In this document: positions 10,077 through 35,136 of the stretch, piece by piece | Position numbering within the stretch: position 1 is the first letter of the stretch | Layout: the number at the start of each line of letters is the position of its first letter | From: Gonapodya sp. JEL0774 | Taxonomy: Eukaryota | Assembly: GCA_027604505.1 (NCBI GenBank) | Contig: JADIIX010000066.1 | Location: 1 to 64,000, forward strand | Reading direction: 5' to 3' | Length of the DNA stretch: 64,000 nucleotides | Program-made: the position numbers and the translations under genes | The notes under the pieces: generated by a model | Databases searched by the model: none | What the model saw: the letters and a program-made list of their open reading frames with translations, nothing else | Told to the model about the DNA's origin: nothing

Positions 10077-12368
10077 CTATTCGTCCGAATCATGTGGTGG
10101 GGAGTGGAAGAATGAATCCACTCCACTAAAAGTCACCGATTTCTTCCGAGGTGGGGGGTCGTTCCATTGGCGCAAGACCCCCTTCGGTGGATCAGGGGCA
10201 GGTTGAGTGAGCGTGTCTTTCGAAGCTGTGGATTCACTGGGTGATAGTGGACTGGAACTGGTGGGTGACTGCACGGGTTCGTCTGCAATTCGATAGCCGG
10301 GAGTCTTAGTCCAGGGTTCCGGGGAGGAGCCTCCCACAGTATGCTCCGACCCACTGTCGGAAACGAACGGGGGAAGGAATGTCAGGGGGATTGGAGGTGG
10401 CGGTGGAGTCGACGGCCCCGCAGAGGAGCAAATGACTGTGGAGTCTCCAGTTGAGGATACGCGAGAGATGGGGGAGATCGGAGTGAAAGAGGAAGTCGGA
10501 TTTGCATCTCCTTCAGAGAGTGGCGGACTTCCCTTCCCATAGCCTCCTGCATCGCCGTCTGTTTGAGCTTGGCCAGCATTCTCGGCAGACAACGTATCCG
10601 CAACAATTTTCCCGTTGTTACTCTGCTCGCGATCCGGTTTCTCGTCCTCCACATTCTCGAGCCCCACATCAGAATCATTCACCATCGCTTCCGCTGCTGA
10701 CGCCGCTGATAGTATATCATCCATTCCAAAACCGAGTCCGCCTCCAACATTAAGCACGAGATGGTTGGGAACAGCGGCGGGATTCGGAAGAGCTTTCGGC
10801 TTCGACCTGGGCTTCGGTTTTGGGATGACCCGTTCAGCAGGAAGGCTCACTGGCAGTTCGACGGCGGGTTCGGCGGCGGCAGAGAGGTCTCCATCTACAG
10901 GTTGTTGCGCATTACCAACAACACGAGGCATCGGTGGTGCGATCGTGGGAGGCTGTGCTATGGGAACTCGAGGCGCAAGGATAACAAGAGGTTTCGGTGG
11001 CCCAACCGAGACTGGTTTGGGTGAAGTAGTGAGCTGGTCTGGTTGTATCGGGTGTTGAGCCTCTCCAGCATTTCCTCGTGACGTATTCCACTTATTCTGG
11101 CTGGATGAGCTGACTTCATCATCCTCGGTGAAGGGATTTTGCCACGGCACCTGCGATTCGTAGAAAGATGGCACTCTCTTTGTCGCTGAGTGGGGATCTA
11201 ACTGCTGGTACTGAAGTTGTCTGGCGGCCCAGTCCTTTTCATTTTCTTGCTCTGGGAATCCACCGTCGCCACCCGGCTCGTCGTCATAGTCCCCCTCCAT
11301 ATCATGTTCATCGTACCCACTCCAACCATTCCCAATCTGGCGCATTTCAATCCCGTTGGGTCCTTGAAAACGAACGGGATGGAAGGACCCGATGTATTGT
11401 TCTTCCTGTGTCTCGTAATAGTCGTCAAACGATCCGGCCGAGTGTTCCGAAGGAGACCTTTGCGGTTCCGTCAGCCTCTTGTAAATTGCCATACCCTCGT
11501 CCTCGTATGTTTCAAAGTCTGGAACGCCGGCCATATGCATGGCCGCAACGATGGCCTCGTTGCGAACTTGAGTGGGCCGCAGGCTCAGGCTGGTGGAGAG
11601 GGTTGAGGCAGGAACCAAGCCGGCCATGGACAAGTTCGACCGAGACTCTAAAGATACGGGAAGTCCGTTACGACCAAGAATGGGTGACCTCGGGCTGAGG
11701 AGACTGTCACCGTCTATCCCTGGGATAAGTGGCGAGTGAAGTTGAGATTCGGGGATAAGAACCCGGCCGGTGGATTTGTCAACCACAACGCCAGGTGGAC
11801 GATAAAAGTCGTTTGGACCAGGAGGGCCAATGGGGGAGTCGGTGTCGTCGTTGCCGACGAGACCCTGTGCCTCCAGCTCCAGATATCGTTGTCTAGCAAA
11901 TAAGTTTGTGGCCGACTGCCGCATTTTCTTTTCCCGCCGACTGCAATAGAGCATTATTGCCATGGTTGCGATAAATATCTGTGATGGTGACGAGTTAATT
12001 GGGCAAAAAATCAGGAGGGTTTAAGATTTTGTCACAACTCGAGCTGTCTGTGAAAGACAGACTGCAAAGGAACGGCTCACCAGTCCAACGAGCCCTCCTA
12101 CAGCTGCTCCAACGATAAGTCCAACTTTGGACGATCCCCCTCCCACTGCTCCAGCATCGGGGATGAGCAAAGTCTGTTGTGTGAATGCGGCAGTGGCGTT
12201 TGGATTGTATTCGTAGTTCGTCGAGTTGTCCGTTGTCGTGGTATTTATGTCAGTGGTCCCTTTTGGAGGCCCGTCCTGTCCAGGGGGTGGTCCAGCCCAA
12301 GTGACGTTGGAAAGGTCGAATTGTCTTTTGTAAGGTTCATGGTGGTGGCGGTTCCGAAGCAGTGGCAT
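10077..12368 (-). CDS. Hypothetical single-pass membrane protein with a long Pro/Ser-rich disordered cytoplasmic tail
   Basis: Thr/Asn-rich ectodomain, then TM VGLIVGAAVGGLVGL|IFIATMAIMLYC joined across an intron (~11980-12080), followed by basic SRREKK and a 628-aa exon. Start codon uncertain. Confidence 0.75.
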
Positions 12369-13476
12369 GGTTTGTATCGCCAGGACCAGCGGAAACGCTC
12401 GACACAGGCAGCTGGCGATCCCTGCTGGTGTCGATGGCTAATTTGCGTCGCCTGCGAATCCAGGGCGAGATCTCGGGTTCCCGAATGGTGTGTCCCACGA
12501 GAAGCTCGTCAAAGTCAGACCGCCCCTCGCCAAAGTAATCTCTATGAAGATTTCTGTACAAGATGAAAGAAAACAAGGGCTGAGCGTTGGGCGGATGGTG
12601 CTGGCGAGTTCCTGATCACAGAAGAACAACAAGCACTGGACCAGTCAGGGAGCACCCCAGTGAAGAATCCAACGAGTTTCCAAAACAGGTAACAAACCAA
12701 CGGCGACAAATTCTTTCAATCAATGAAGGAAGGAAGTTATTTCAATCAATGGAGGGACTCTTGTTCTTTCTATTCTACGTCCGCGTCTCCCTTTCCACGA
12801 GAATAGTGCTAATAATCACAAACCGATGATCTATAAGTGCTTCAAACAAAAATCTCCAGGTTCCTCGTGTCTATTATTCGAGCTTTCTGATTTAGGGATA
12901 GATGTAGGTCATAACCACATCCATCGGGCCCTCCATCGCACAGACGACGCTGCACACGGAAGAGCAGATAAGAATGGTGGCACAACCCGCGAAACATTGT
13001 TCTGCGCTTGTTTTGACGCTCGGAAATCAACGATAGAGGAAACAACATCGATTGAGCAACACGATCAAGCGTGAAATAAGAGTGGTTGATAAAGGATTAC
13101 TCGATAAAGGAACCACGTTGAGTGTTTGCATCTTCAGAAGTGCTCCACTGGACCAGCTATTGCGGCTGACCATCGCGGACAACCCATGCGGGCTGTCCAG
13201 GAAGGAAAGCCGTACGACACTGGGCAGAGAGAGCCAAAAGTCACAATCGCAAGGAAGGCGAAATTCTCATTCGGCCTGCCGGCTGATGGCTGATGCCTGA
13301 TGCCGGGGTTCGATTTATCGTGCACAAGTAAAGTTCCTGCAATTGAAGTGAGAAAAAAAGAACTGTGCTTTGGTGATGGCCGAGTGAACAGCAACCCCAG
13401 CCCTCTCCAACCCCTTTGTTCCCTCGCCAACCCGTCAACTTCGTCGCCAACCACAGCCCCACCTGCCGCCGCATGT

Positions 13477-14401
13477 ATGCATCAAATGGTGCAGCTTGTT
13501 CTGCGCAGCATACGCCTTCATCCTCTTCCAATAAGCTTAGCGATTCTTCTGCTGGCACCAATCATGCTCTTCCTCGGGCTGGCACCTAATCCCGTTGTGA
13601 ATCCTCTTTTGCCACCCGCTTTCAGAGACAATGATAAACTGCTACATGCCACTGCGTTCGCTGTGTTGACAGCTGATATTGTGTGGTGCTGGTCTTGGAG
13701 AGAGCGGTACGGACATGTGTCAAGAGGAAACCTGCCGAATGAGGAGCTCCTTGACATTGAAACGGGTTTGGTGACCGAATCTGATTCACCCTCTGCTCCG
13801 GAAGCAAACGTGGAAGTAGATAACGTGGATGCAGATCGCATCGCTCTCCTCTCCTCACTTAAAGATCACGTGGACACCCGTTCCCTTGCAGAGAGCTACA
13901 GAATTCGTATTGCCGCGATCGCACAGGACTCTTACACTCGCCGTGCCCTGACTATCCGACTAGGGATCAACGCAGTGATTATGTTAGGAGCTGCAATTGT
14001 GAGCGAGGTCGTTCAGCATATCGCTGCTCCGGTAGGTGTTTTTCGCTTGTCGAAATGGCCAATGTTTGTCATATTTTCGCTATGGAACACTCAATGGAGC
14101 TTTGAAAACTGTGACTTCTGGGAGAAAACGTACAGGAAGACTGTATATTGGGAGCGGGGGCCGCCCCTTCACCTTCTCACCGCCCAACCCCCACTATTCC
14201 CTGTGCCACGAATCCTCCTTCAAGTACCGCTCTTTTGACATCTTCGACATTTTTGCGAATTTTACTGGCGTCGCTGTGGGAGTATCTTTCGCTGCCCTTT
14301 GTGAGCCTGCCTTATCTTGGTTAAAGAGCGAGGGACTTGGGACAATTTGGTGGACATGGAATGCCGTGGGTGCTGTGTGCGGGTTGGCAACTAGGTGGTG
14401 A
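13477..14401 (+). CDS. VanZ-like family membrane protein
   Basis: NDKLLHATAFAVLT, IVSEVVQHIAAP, intron (~14032-14224), then YRSFDIFDIFANFTGVAVG: the VanZ D-K-x-x-H / E-x-x-Q / R-x-F-D-x-x-D-x-x-A-N motifs. Confidence 0.8.
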
Positions 14402-14907
14402 TTATGTCAGTGTGCATGGATCACTTCGGTTGAGTGACAAACAGGAGGGCGATGGGGTGTCCAATCACTTCCACAACTTTGACATTTCATTGGATGTTCG
14501 TCAAACTCTGAGAGAGGGAACATGCATGGCCCAAGAGCCGTATGACCAATCCGAGTACGGCAGACAATGAATGCAAGGGATATTCTCGCATCAGTATCTA
14601 TTTACTGTATGTACATCGCTGGTACTCGCTTCACACCTTCAAGTATGCCCGTACAATCGATTCTGCTACTATCAAACAGAATAGACCTCTATCCGACGAC
14701 TGTACGGGCGGTTTCGTAAGGGGACCTACGACAGTCTGATGACCGTGTATTACTATGCAAAGTTCAATCCCGAAAGTACTAGATTTAGCTAAGAAACTCT
14801 CCATTGGATTTAGCGACGTTATTTTTCTTATTACATTGCAACTGCACCCAGGATGGCGGGGCCACAGCCTGTGCTCAGAAATAGAAAATTAAAATTACTC
14901 ATCAAGA

Positions 14908-16318
14908 ATGACCGACAGCCCCCCCTCCGCATGGTTCGCCGTCAAGCCCTTTGTCTTTGGTGGTCTCGCCGGTTGTTTCAGCACTGTTGAGTATTCTTCG
15001 TCTTCTTGTCGGGGTGGGGATTCTGACAAGGGGAATCGGTCTCTTCCATCCTATCCTCCGCGTTTGTGATCCGAAACGAAAAACTAGACGCTGATTCAAC
15101 CAATCGATATGGTAAAAGTTAGAATCCAGCTTGCCGGAGAGGGAAAGGTAGGTTTTCCCAGATATCCATAATTGTACGTGAGATCATCCTGACCCATCAT
15201 ATTACACAAAGGCCTCTGCAGGCAGTGCGAACCCACTTGTCCTTCTCAGGACAATTGTTCGCGAGGTATTGTGGCTCGAGGTGATTTCACCGCCAAGGAA
15301 TCCGTCCGATGTTGACACAGGATTTCGAAGGAAGGAGCGCTCGCACTATACCAGGGCCTGGGGGCGGCCTACCTTCGCCAACTGACCTACTCGACAGCCC
15401 GCATGGGTATTTTCTCGTCCACCCTTGAGTATTTGAAGCAATGGCGGGAACGGCAAGGATCGGCTGTGACGTTTGCGGATCGGGCAGGGGCTGGACTCCT
15501 GGCGGGAGCACTGGGGTCGCTTATTGGCGTTCCGGCGGATTTGGCGTTGGTGAGTCTCTGTCCTCGATAGTGTGACGGTCACAGGCGTTCTGACACAAGA
15601 AACGGAATTCAGGTCCGAATGCAAGCGGACACGACACTCCCTCCAGAACTTCGTCGGAATTACACTGGAGTGTTTAATGCATTGGCTCGAACTATTCGGG
15701 AAGAGGGATTGCGAGGACTGTGAGGTTCTGTCACGTCGGTTCTCAATTATCATTCAACGTAACAATTATCTACTAGGTTCACTGGTTCTAGTCCAGCGGT
15801 GATTCGTGCCATGGCGCTGAATGTCGGGCAACTCACTGGGAACTCAGAAGCTCTCAGCAGATTGGAGTCGTACTTTGGCAAAGGATCGTCTACTGCGGTA
15901 TACGGTGCCGCAGGGATCTCGGGATTCCTCGCAGCTTTTCTGTCTCTGCCCTTCGACTTTGTGAAAACGCGGTTGCAAAAGCAGAAGGCGGACCCAGTGA
16001 CCGGGCAGTTAAAATATAAGGGCTTCTTGGGTATGTACCTCACTTCTCGGCTCCCCGTGTGCTCTGGCCCACCACTACTTATGATTACTTCGTCTCCTAT
16101 TCACAGACTGCACAGCCAAGGTTATGAGGGAGGAAGGTTTTGTCTTCTACAGAGGATTCGGGACGTACGCTCTTCGGATTGCGCCACACGTCACCCTTAC
16201 GATGAGTTAGTCTCGTGTTTCAACTTTCATTTGTGTCCTAGGAACTCACGTTCTTGCTTTGAAATACGTAGTCGTATTGGATCGGATGAACAGGGTCGCG
16301 AAAGCAAACGGCTTATAA
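14908..16318 (+). CDS. Mitochondrial 2-oxoglutarate/malate (dicarboxylate) carrier, SLC25A11/DIC family
   Basis: KPFVFGGLAGCFST|TLIQPIDMVKVRIQL, YQGLGAAYLRQLTYSTARMG, PADLAL|VRMQAD..RRNYTGVFNAL, RAMALNVGQL, SLPFDFVKTRLQKQ, RIAPH. Three PxDxxKxR-type carrier repeats. Confidence 0.9.
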
Positions 16319-16558
16319 AGCAAATGTATAAATGATTTAGACAAATAGACGAGAGCGAATCTCCCTGGTTTCTAATGGCAGGTATAATACTTGACGGGAG
16401 CTTGCCGCCACCAGTGTTAATAGTGGTGGTAGTTGGACCGAAGAAAGTGGTTTGAATAAGACGTAAGTAATAAGCAGCAGTACGTACCAAAGAAGTGTGC
16501 TTACTTGTGTAGGATATAGGGACCAGGTGATCGATCTGGTTCGTCGGAATCAATTTCA

Positions 16559-22436
<5,878 letters not shown>

Positions 22437-22739
22437 ATATCATATTACTCTGTAGGAAACTGTAAATCTACCTCTAACTCTCCGCCACTCTTCTCCCCCT
22501 GCTCTTCCCATCTTATTTCATGTGGTGGATTTGTATGGAAGGATATTAATGGTCACAATAATGACCTCGCAGGATCTTCAATCAACACGTCCACAATTCT
22601 CGCCCCCGCAGCGTGACGTTGCCCGTGGCCGTTCACGATCGCCATGCGAAGCTCCACCACGGGCCGACCTTTGCCGTCGCTCGCAGTCTCAATCTCGGAC
22701 CGCTGCACAGATTCTACACGAACGAGATCACCTGGGTGC

Positions 22740-24303
22740 ACCTCAGAGGAGAGTGATATGTAGAATGCTACGCAAAGGGACGAGATTAAACGGTAAGTCT
22801 GTGCTGTTCTGGAAACGATAACGCCAAACAAGCAAGAAACCTTCGATGTTGGCGAAATCCCGGAAGTTCCGAAACCGTTCAAAGATGAGATCGAGAGCAG
22901 GTAAAGGTCGTTTGGTGGTCGTCACGTGTCGTAGCTGCAAGAGAACGAGCAAATGACAAGACGCATGAGCGACCAGCAGTCGGCGCGAAAAACCGCGAGG
23001 GCCCTGTCCGAATGTCTCATCCCTCTGATCTTCCAATCTTCGAGTAAACACTTACACCATCAGTATCACTCCATCTTGCCTTCCATAAAAATTCCTCTTG
23101 CGCTGCCCATCCCCCACTGCGCAGTTCCTCTTCACCCATCTTGTCCAGGTCCAAGTCGGATCGGGTGATCCAATCGTAGTCGCCCGAAGCGAGCGCGGGC
23201 GAGGTTGAAATCCAGCCGGGGCCGTGAAGAGTGGCGGGAAGAGCGGCGGATTTGAAGCGGTTCGGGGGAGCTGGAGTAGGAGGAGAATAAGAGGGGTATC
23301 ACAGTGGGTGAGGGAGGTGAATCAGTACATGGCGCATTTAGGAGAACTACGTACGCCCCACGGAGACGAAGACAACGCCCAGGAGGCCGACTGCGAAAGG
23401 TTCCACCTGATCTGGGGAAAAGCGGGCGACTCTCTGCTTGTGGCAGAAAGATTTGTGGTGAGTAACAAACAGAGAAAAACATGAGGAGATGGTGTTGTAA
23501 GGTGTTTGATTGAACACTAAGTACGTACACGACGTGTTTTTCGGTCTCGCTTCTCGATAAGGCGGTATTCACAAGAGAACTGCATGAAGGACCTCGTTAC
23601 CTTGTGCAGGCGGGTGGTGACATGCACCTAATTTGTAAGAACTGAAACGTCAAACCCGATATCACAGGTAGCAACATGACCCATAGAGTGCAGATCGCCA
23701 TCTCACCTTGTCGCCGTTGGACGTTGGCATGAGTTTCAAATCCCGTGATGCTTTGGGACTAACTTGAATCCTTACGTCCCGACCGAGAGTGCTCGTTCCC
23801 GGGGGACGCTGCCACAAACGAATCTCTTGGCCGTCTGGACCTTTCACGCAAAATGTTCTGTGAAGCCAGCCACCTTGGCCAGCAAATGCCCACTGTGCCT
23901 GAAAGCACATGAAGTGTGATGGTCAGCGCTTGCACCGCTCGTATCGGTTCAACCCTCCTCCTCGCTGAGCCATTCTCGAAATAAATACGCCACTTGACTA
24001 ACCATGGCAGATATGGCCTCATGGGGCATATTAGGGTCTAGCGTCGTTGCGATCATGATGTTGGTGCATTCATCCGGAAAGGTTCGCGCGACGCAATAAG
24101 TTTTTGTCAGATTAAGAGCCGTGACAGTATCGCAATGTACATAGCTCACCCATGTGATGAAATCGCTCCTCACTTTCCCATTTCGGATCCTCTATTGGAC
24201 AGGGGTGGATGGTTAGTGCGGAAGATTCCGAAGACGCTCCAACTCCACGTGAGCGCGGGATCTGAGATGCTTGGGTTGATGATGGTGTTGACGGCGGCAT
24301 ATT
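22740..24303. pseudogene. Decayed gene fragments in the spacer between the ABCC genes
   Basis: Plus strand: EESDM*NATQRDEIKR*VCAVLETITPNKQETFDVGEIPEVPKPFKDEIES with in-frame stops and gt donors. Minus strand: MPPSTPSS..FHHM|DECTNIMIA.. joined only via an apparently mutated (ccgg) acceptor. Family not recognised. Confidence 0.4.
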
Positions 24304-24578
24304 CAAGGCAGTCGTCAGTGAGTGAAGGGATTGAACGAACTCTAATGAATTCGGAATCTCGTTGTTGTGTTTCCCTCCTTCCTCCGGTGTCCCACAGCGC
24401 CTCCCTCCCTCCCCCCATTTGTACCTGTCGTGCAACATGGCAGAATAATAGGTGTCTGCAGTCTTTTTATATACCTACCTGCAATTGCCATTTGCACGCC
24501 GTTAAGAATTTTCCTTCTCTCTCTTGTCTTTCAACTTTCCGTTTCCCTCTCTCCCAAGTTAATTTTTTTTCCTTTGTA

Positions 24579-24735
24579 ATGATTACTTCGTCTCCTCTTC
24601 ATAGACTGCACGGCCACCTTTCTCTTGTACACCTCTTCCTCTTATAAAGCAAACGTATAAGATGATTAGACAAATAGACGAGAACGAATCTCTTTTGGTT
24701 CCAACAGGAACTTTACGTGAACATAGCAGGTATTA
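24579..24735 (+). pseudogene. Duplicated, internally deleted fragment of the carrier gene's 3' end
   Basis: 24579-24616 resembles 16081-16118 (atgattacttcgtctcct.ttca.agactgcac.gcca). 24641-~24735 resembles 16312-~16390 (cttataaagcaaa.gtataa..gattagacaaatagacgaga.cgaatctc). Confidence 0.85.
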
Positions 24736-24744
24736 TAACAGCAT

Positions 24745-30631
<5,887 letters not shown>

Positions 30632-30775
30632 TTCGTCGCCGATGTTTTTAGACGCCAAGCCAAGCCGGAACCTTTCCTTCCGATCGGAGGCAAAAACGAC
30701 CACGCCATAAATCACAAGGCACACCCAGAGATTTTTCGTTCCCCCCTTTCATTGGAGGGAGGACTCTGAGTGTGC

Positions 30776-31971
30776 ATGTCAACCCTTGTCCACCCCACCT
30801 CCCTCTCTCTCGTCCCTCTCCTCCCAATCAAACCCCCCCCTCCTTCTCCATCCCCGCCTGCCCCACCTGACCCCACCTGGCAAGTCACCGACACCACACC
30901 ACCCAAGGGTCTAACACGGGTTCGGATGTGGGTATTGGGCAAAGGAAACATTGTTATTCTTTCATCACTCAAATTTCTTTCCGTGACATTCCATCTCCCC
31001 TTAACAAAACGATTCCCCTCACAAGCCATCCCCATCCTCCCATAAACCGGAGACAACCCGTCCATCCGCCTCCCCCCCCCTCCCCCTCGACCAAGCCGTC
31101 CTCTCCCTAAGCACATCGGACACCTTCCTCCCCCCTCCCGTACCCCGCGATCACCTCTTGCGAATCATGGCCCACCCACTCCACCCCACCAGGTTTGGCT
31201 TCGTCATGCTCGTCTACCGGAGCGGAAGCGGGACGAACCCCTCGGAACCTCGGCCGGTCCCGCCGACACGGGCACACCAAACCCCACCGGGGTCCAATTT
31301 TGACCGGCAGTGCGGGCGGCACCCGTCGGGCTCGGTGGGGGGGGGGTGACATCGTTTCCCCCCGAATTTGAGGTCGTCCCTGCGGGAGCTTGTGGGGTAT
31401 TTCTCTTCGGCGAGGACGGACGGCCCCCTGGAGGGTTTCCGAGACCGTGCGTGGGAGTGGCTCTTGTCCATGAAGGTTGGAGTACGGAGGTTGATTGGTG
31501 ATGGTGGTGGTGATAGCGGGAATGGCGAATCTTTGAGTGGTAAAACGGCGTGCTGAAGGGCGTGGCGTGCTGGTCGCAGGCGGTGGCGCCAGCTCCATTG
31601 CCGCACTGGAGGTTGCAGCAGGGGATTTTGGGTGCTCAGTTTATCTGCGCGGCGAGGAGGGAGAAGAGAGTGGCGGGGAGGCTGCGTTGGATGCGGCGTG
31701 TGGCGTGTCGGGCGAGCACTGGGGCGAGGTGGCTCGTGGAGCACGCCGAGGGCTCGTCGTGGAGTCGGGATCAGCGCAGCACGTCGACGTGACAAGGACG
31801 GTGGGGAAGATTCAGCTGTGGACTGTGGTGAGCGCGTACGCCAGAATGTTTGCGGGTACTGCGCCGCGGCTGGTGCAAGTTGTGCCTGCGCCTGGGCAGG
31901 AGAGAGCTAAGGCGTACGAGGGAAAGGAGGTTGGAGGGGCAGGACTGCAGGTGGGCTGTGGGTGGTCGTGA
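30776..31971 (+). pseudogene. Degraded coding-like region (broken reading frames, unknown family)
   Basis: Coding-like pieces (LSSLKFLSVTFHLPL; LRSSLRELVGYF..DRAWEWLLSMKVGVRRL; Cys-rich CVGC/CGYC) scattered over different frames. Confidence 0.25.
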
Positions 31972-32039
31972 ATGGGTGAACCCTGTTTTGGTTCTCTTAT
32001 GGCAAACTGGTCCACAGCTTTCTTCTGTTTGTATCTGAC

Positions 32040-32285
32040 ACATTTCTTCCACAATAAGTGTCTGCCCTCCTCCTGATGCAATTGTTGACGCAAAATCTTC
32101 TCCACAAAGCTATATTCCTCCTCGGTGGAACCCCTCTCCCCTAATACAACCATGCAAGCATGTTCTCCTCCTCCCAAAAGGGATTCTCCTCGGCGTCTTG
32201 CTCCATCTTCCTCCCTCCAGTGGTATTCAACAGTATGACCACGGCTTGTTGTTAATTTCGACTACAACGGAAACTTTTGCGTCTT
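32040..32285 (+). pseudogene. Degenerate tandem copy of the F-box gene 5' region
   Basis: Aligns by eye with ~32790-33010 (atttcttccaca..ctgccctcc.cctgatgcaa..gattctc..ctccatcttcctccc..gtattcaac.gtat.acca..atttcg.cta), with indels and stops. Confidence 0.7.
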
Positions 32286-32823
32286 CTCTCTTGCTGGATG
32301 GTCACCCATGGTTCTTGTTTTTCGGGTGTCTTTGATCTTGCCAACAATGCCACATCTCTGGTCTCTGGTTTTGCAAACAATGTATAGATCTGTTCATACT
32401 ATATGGTATCTCTTCCATCATTGGGGATGAAAACAAGGTCTACATTGGCAAAATTAGAGACCACAGATATGGCTCAGTGATGAACTTGACTTTTGCAGTG
32501 GATACATCCCCAGTAGGGTATATCCACGCAGTGGCACCAACACCACAGTGGAAAGCAGCCAATCAGCTTTTTTGCCCTGGTGCTTGTTTTGTACTTGAGG
32601 AAGCAAGTGGAGGACGCTCAGAAACAAGTAAAAGAGAGTGATACTGCTGATAGTGAAGTAAATTGGCCCCGAGACTTCGAGAAATGAAAGACTTTGTGCA
32701 ATATATTGCCATATGTTTTCGGAATATTGCTGCGATTCCTGGAAGTACTGACCTGGACCATTCTGATACAGGACGGTTCGATCTCGCAAATTTCTTCCAC
32801 ACCAAGTTTCTGCCCTCCCCCTG

Positions 32824-34335
32824 ATGCAACCGCACACCCAAAAGCTTCTTCCCGACGCGATACTCCCCCTCTGTGGAGCCGCGATTCTCTACTACCGTAC
32901 ACCCGTCTTCTCTCTTCTCCCTGAGGAGATTCTCTTCCACATCTTCCTCCATCTTCCTCCCCGCGTCGTATTCAACCGTATAACCAACGGTTATCGTCGA
33001 TTTCGGCTAGTATCGGAGTCTCTTGCCTCGCCGGATGGTCGCCCGTGGTTCTTGGTGGACGTGGTGATAGAACCTGATCTGGAAGACGACCCATCCCACC
33101 GAAAGCTTCATGGCTCTCAGATTTCGAGCATGTTTTCACACCAACAGGAAGCGTATACGCCGCTGCTGTAGTGAAAACCATCACAATTGATTTCGCGATG
33201 TTGCGCCATTTTAATCTGAACACTCTGATCCAGCGCGCTGGAAGCTCCTCCAGTTTCTTCCCGGTGGGAATTCGTCGATTGGCCACAAATGTATCCTTGA
33301 CGACGATACCCCGTTGATTAACGAAAAGGGAACATATGATCAAGACCCAGAAGTAGCCGACCTTCTCGCCACCGTTTTATCTGTGGGACCGCCTGAACTT
33401 GCTCCACCGTGCTCCTGGGACACAGGCTGGGGGACTGGTGGATGTGGAAAAATACTTGGGTGGGTAATCGAGGTAAGAGAGAGCGATACAATGTCCCGCC
33501 TCCGGGAAATCCAGACCTACATAGATGACAGCCCAGACTGCTTCGAGCTTGGATCACCAATGGAAGATCCGATGCAAAGTTGTTCGCATTAAGAAGCTTG
33601 CATATTCGAGGCCCGGAGTTCCAGGATCTGAACATTTCGTCGTTCAATGCAAACATCGCCCCCCTCTCCTCGCGCCTCTCTAGCCATGGTTCGTGTCCCA
33701 CGGAACTTTCATTTCTCTTGAAAGTCCCGGAAAGCGCACGACTTTGCGTACTCCTGGTCCTTATGAGAAGTTTCTCTAAGATTCGCAAACTCCACATCTG
33801 CGCAGAGCTGTTCCTCCGCAGTGCTTCGGAATCCCCCACGCTTGCTAACCGAGACCATACTGCTATGTCGAGTGTGAAGAGACTCGTGTTCTGAGCTTGG
33901 TACCCGACTGTCCTCCTTGTTTCCGAAGTTGCAGTCTTTGGTCGCAGCTCCAACTCCTCGAGTGGGCTGTTTGGCGCAGACTACGCACATGGTTGGGCTG
34001 CCCTCTTTGTCGACAGTGGAGCACAAAAGACTCTGGGAGAGATCTCTCTCGATGGAGGGTTGTGGTGTGCGGGACAGATACAAGGCACAAGTGGGTTCTG
34101 GAGCATGGTTTTCGCACTGACTTTGAACGACATTACTGGAGCAAACGGTGTGGCGGTGGAATATCGCCATGCCAGGTGCACCTACTTTCTGCAGATCATT
34201 GGTGGTGAACTTCATCTGAAATCCATTCTCAGTGAATGGAAAAGGGCAGCACATCTGTTTGTACTCTCCCCAAGGGTCATGTGTGCGATGTCACGTGATG
34301 TTACACTCTCTTTGGTGATCAATTCTTTCATTTGA
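32824..34335 (+). pseudogene. F-box (probably F-box/LRR-like) pseudogene
   Basis: F-box motif FSLLPEEILFHIFLHLPPRVVFNRITNGYRRFRLV. Downstream LRR-like pieces (LRSLHI, IRKLHI, FPKLQSL) lie in shifting frames without credible introns. Confidence 0.7.
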
Positions 34336-35136
34336 TGTTGCATGTGATGGGTAATGACAGACTGGTGAGAAGAATTGGAACATGACTGATAACATTATGA
34401 ACTTTATGCAAAGGCAAAATGAACGTTGCAAAGATAATGAAGAAAGGTTAAGCAAGTAGCTTCTTAGCAAGTGTACCGGGACCAGTTACAATGAAATGGA
34501 TACCATCCCTTTTTTTCCCCCCTTTTCCGTTTCTTGAAACAGTGGTCTTTCACGCGACAAAATGTCCCCCGTTTTCCTTCTTCTCCCCCCGCCTCATTCC
34601 TACGTCTTCCCTGTCATTTATATCAAATACTATACAAAAGTGCTCGGGCTGAACCCAAGTAGCACGGACATTTAAGCTTTCAAAGCTCACAAAACAAAAC
34701 AATCTCACTTCATTTTGTGTTTGGTGAAGTCGTCGAGGGAGAAAGGGAAAGAAAGAATGAAGAAATGAGAAAGCAGGCAGCATCAAACACCAGAGACCTT
34801 CGCTCAGGCGCCCACGCAAGGAATCAATGAGGTACATTGCTCGAAAGTTCCAAATGCAGTGTTTCCAGTTGTTGTATGTACTAGGTCAACCGTCCGGCGT
34901 CCTCCCAACGGTGACTCGACTCATGTACCTCCCCTTTACGCCAAGGCCTTTTCCCATTCCCTTCCTTAACGTGAAATTCACGATGAAAGACATTTTTAGC
35001 TTCCTTCATAGCGAACTAGAGTCCGCTCGGGAGCAAATCTAGCACATAGTCGGAAGCTTTTCGAATCTGTGGCCTTCTCAGGTCCCATGACACTGGTTCA
35101 CATAAAACCGACTGGCAATTCTTGCCAAGCTTGCAA

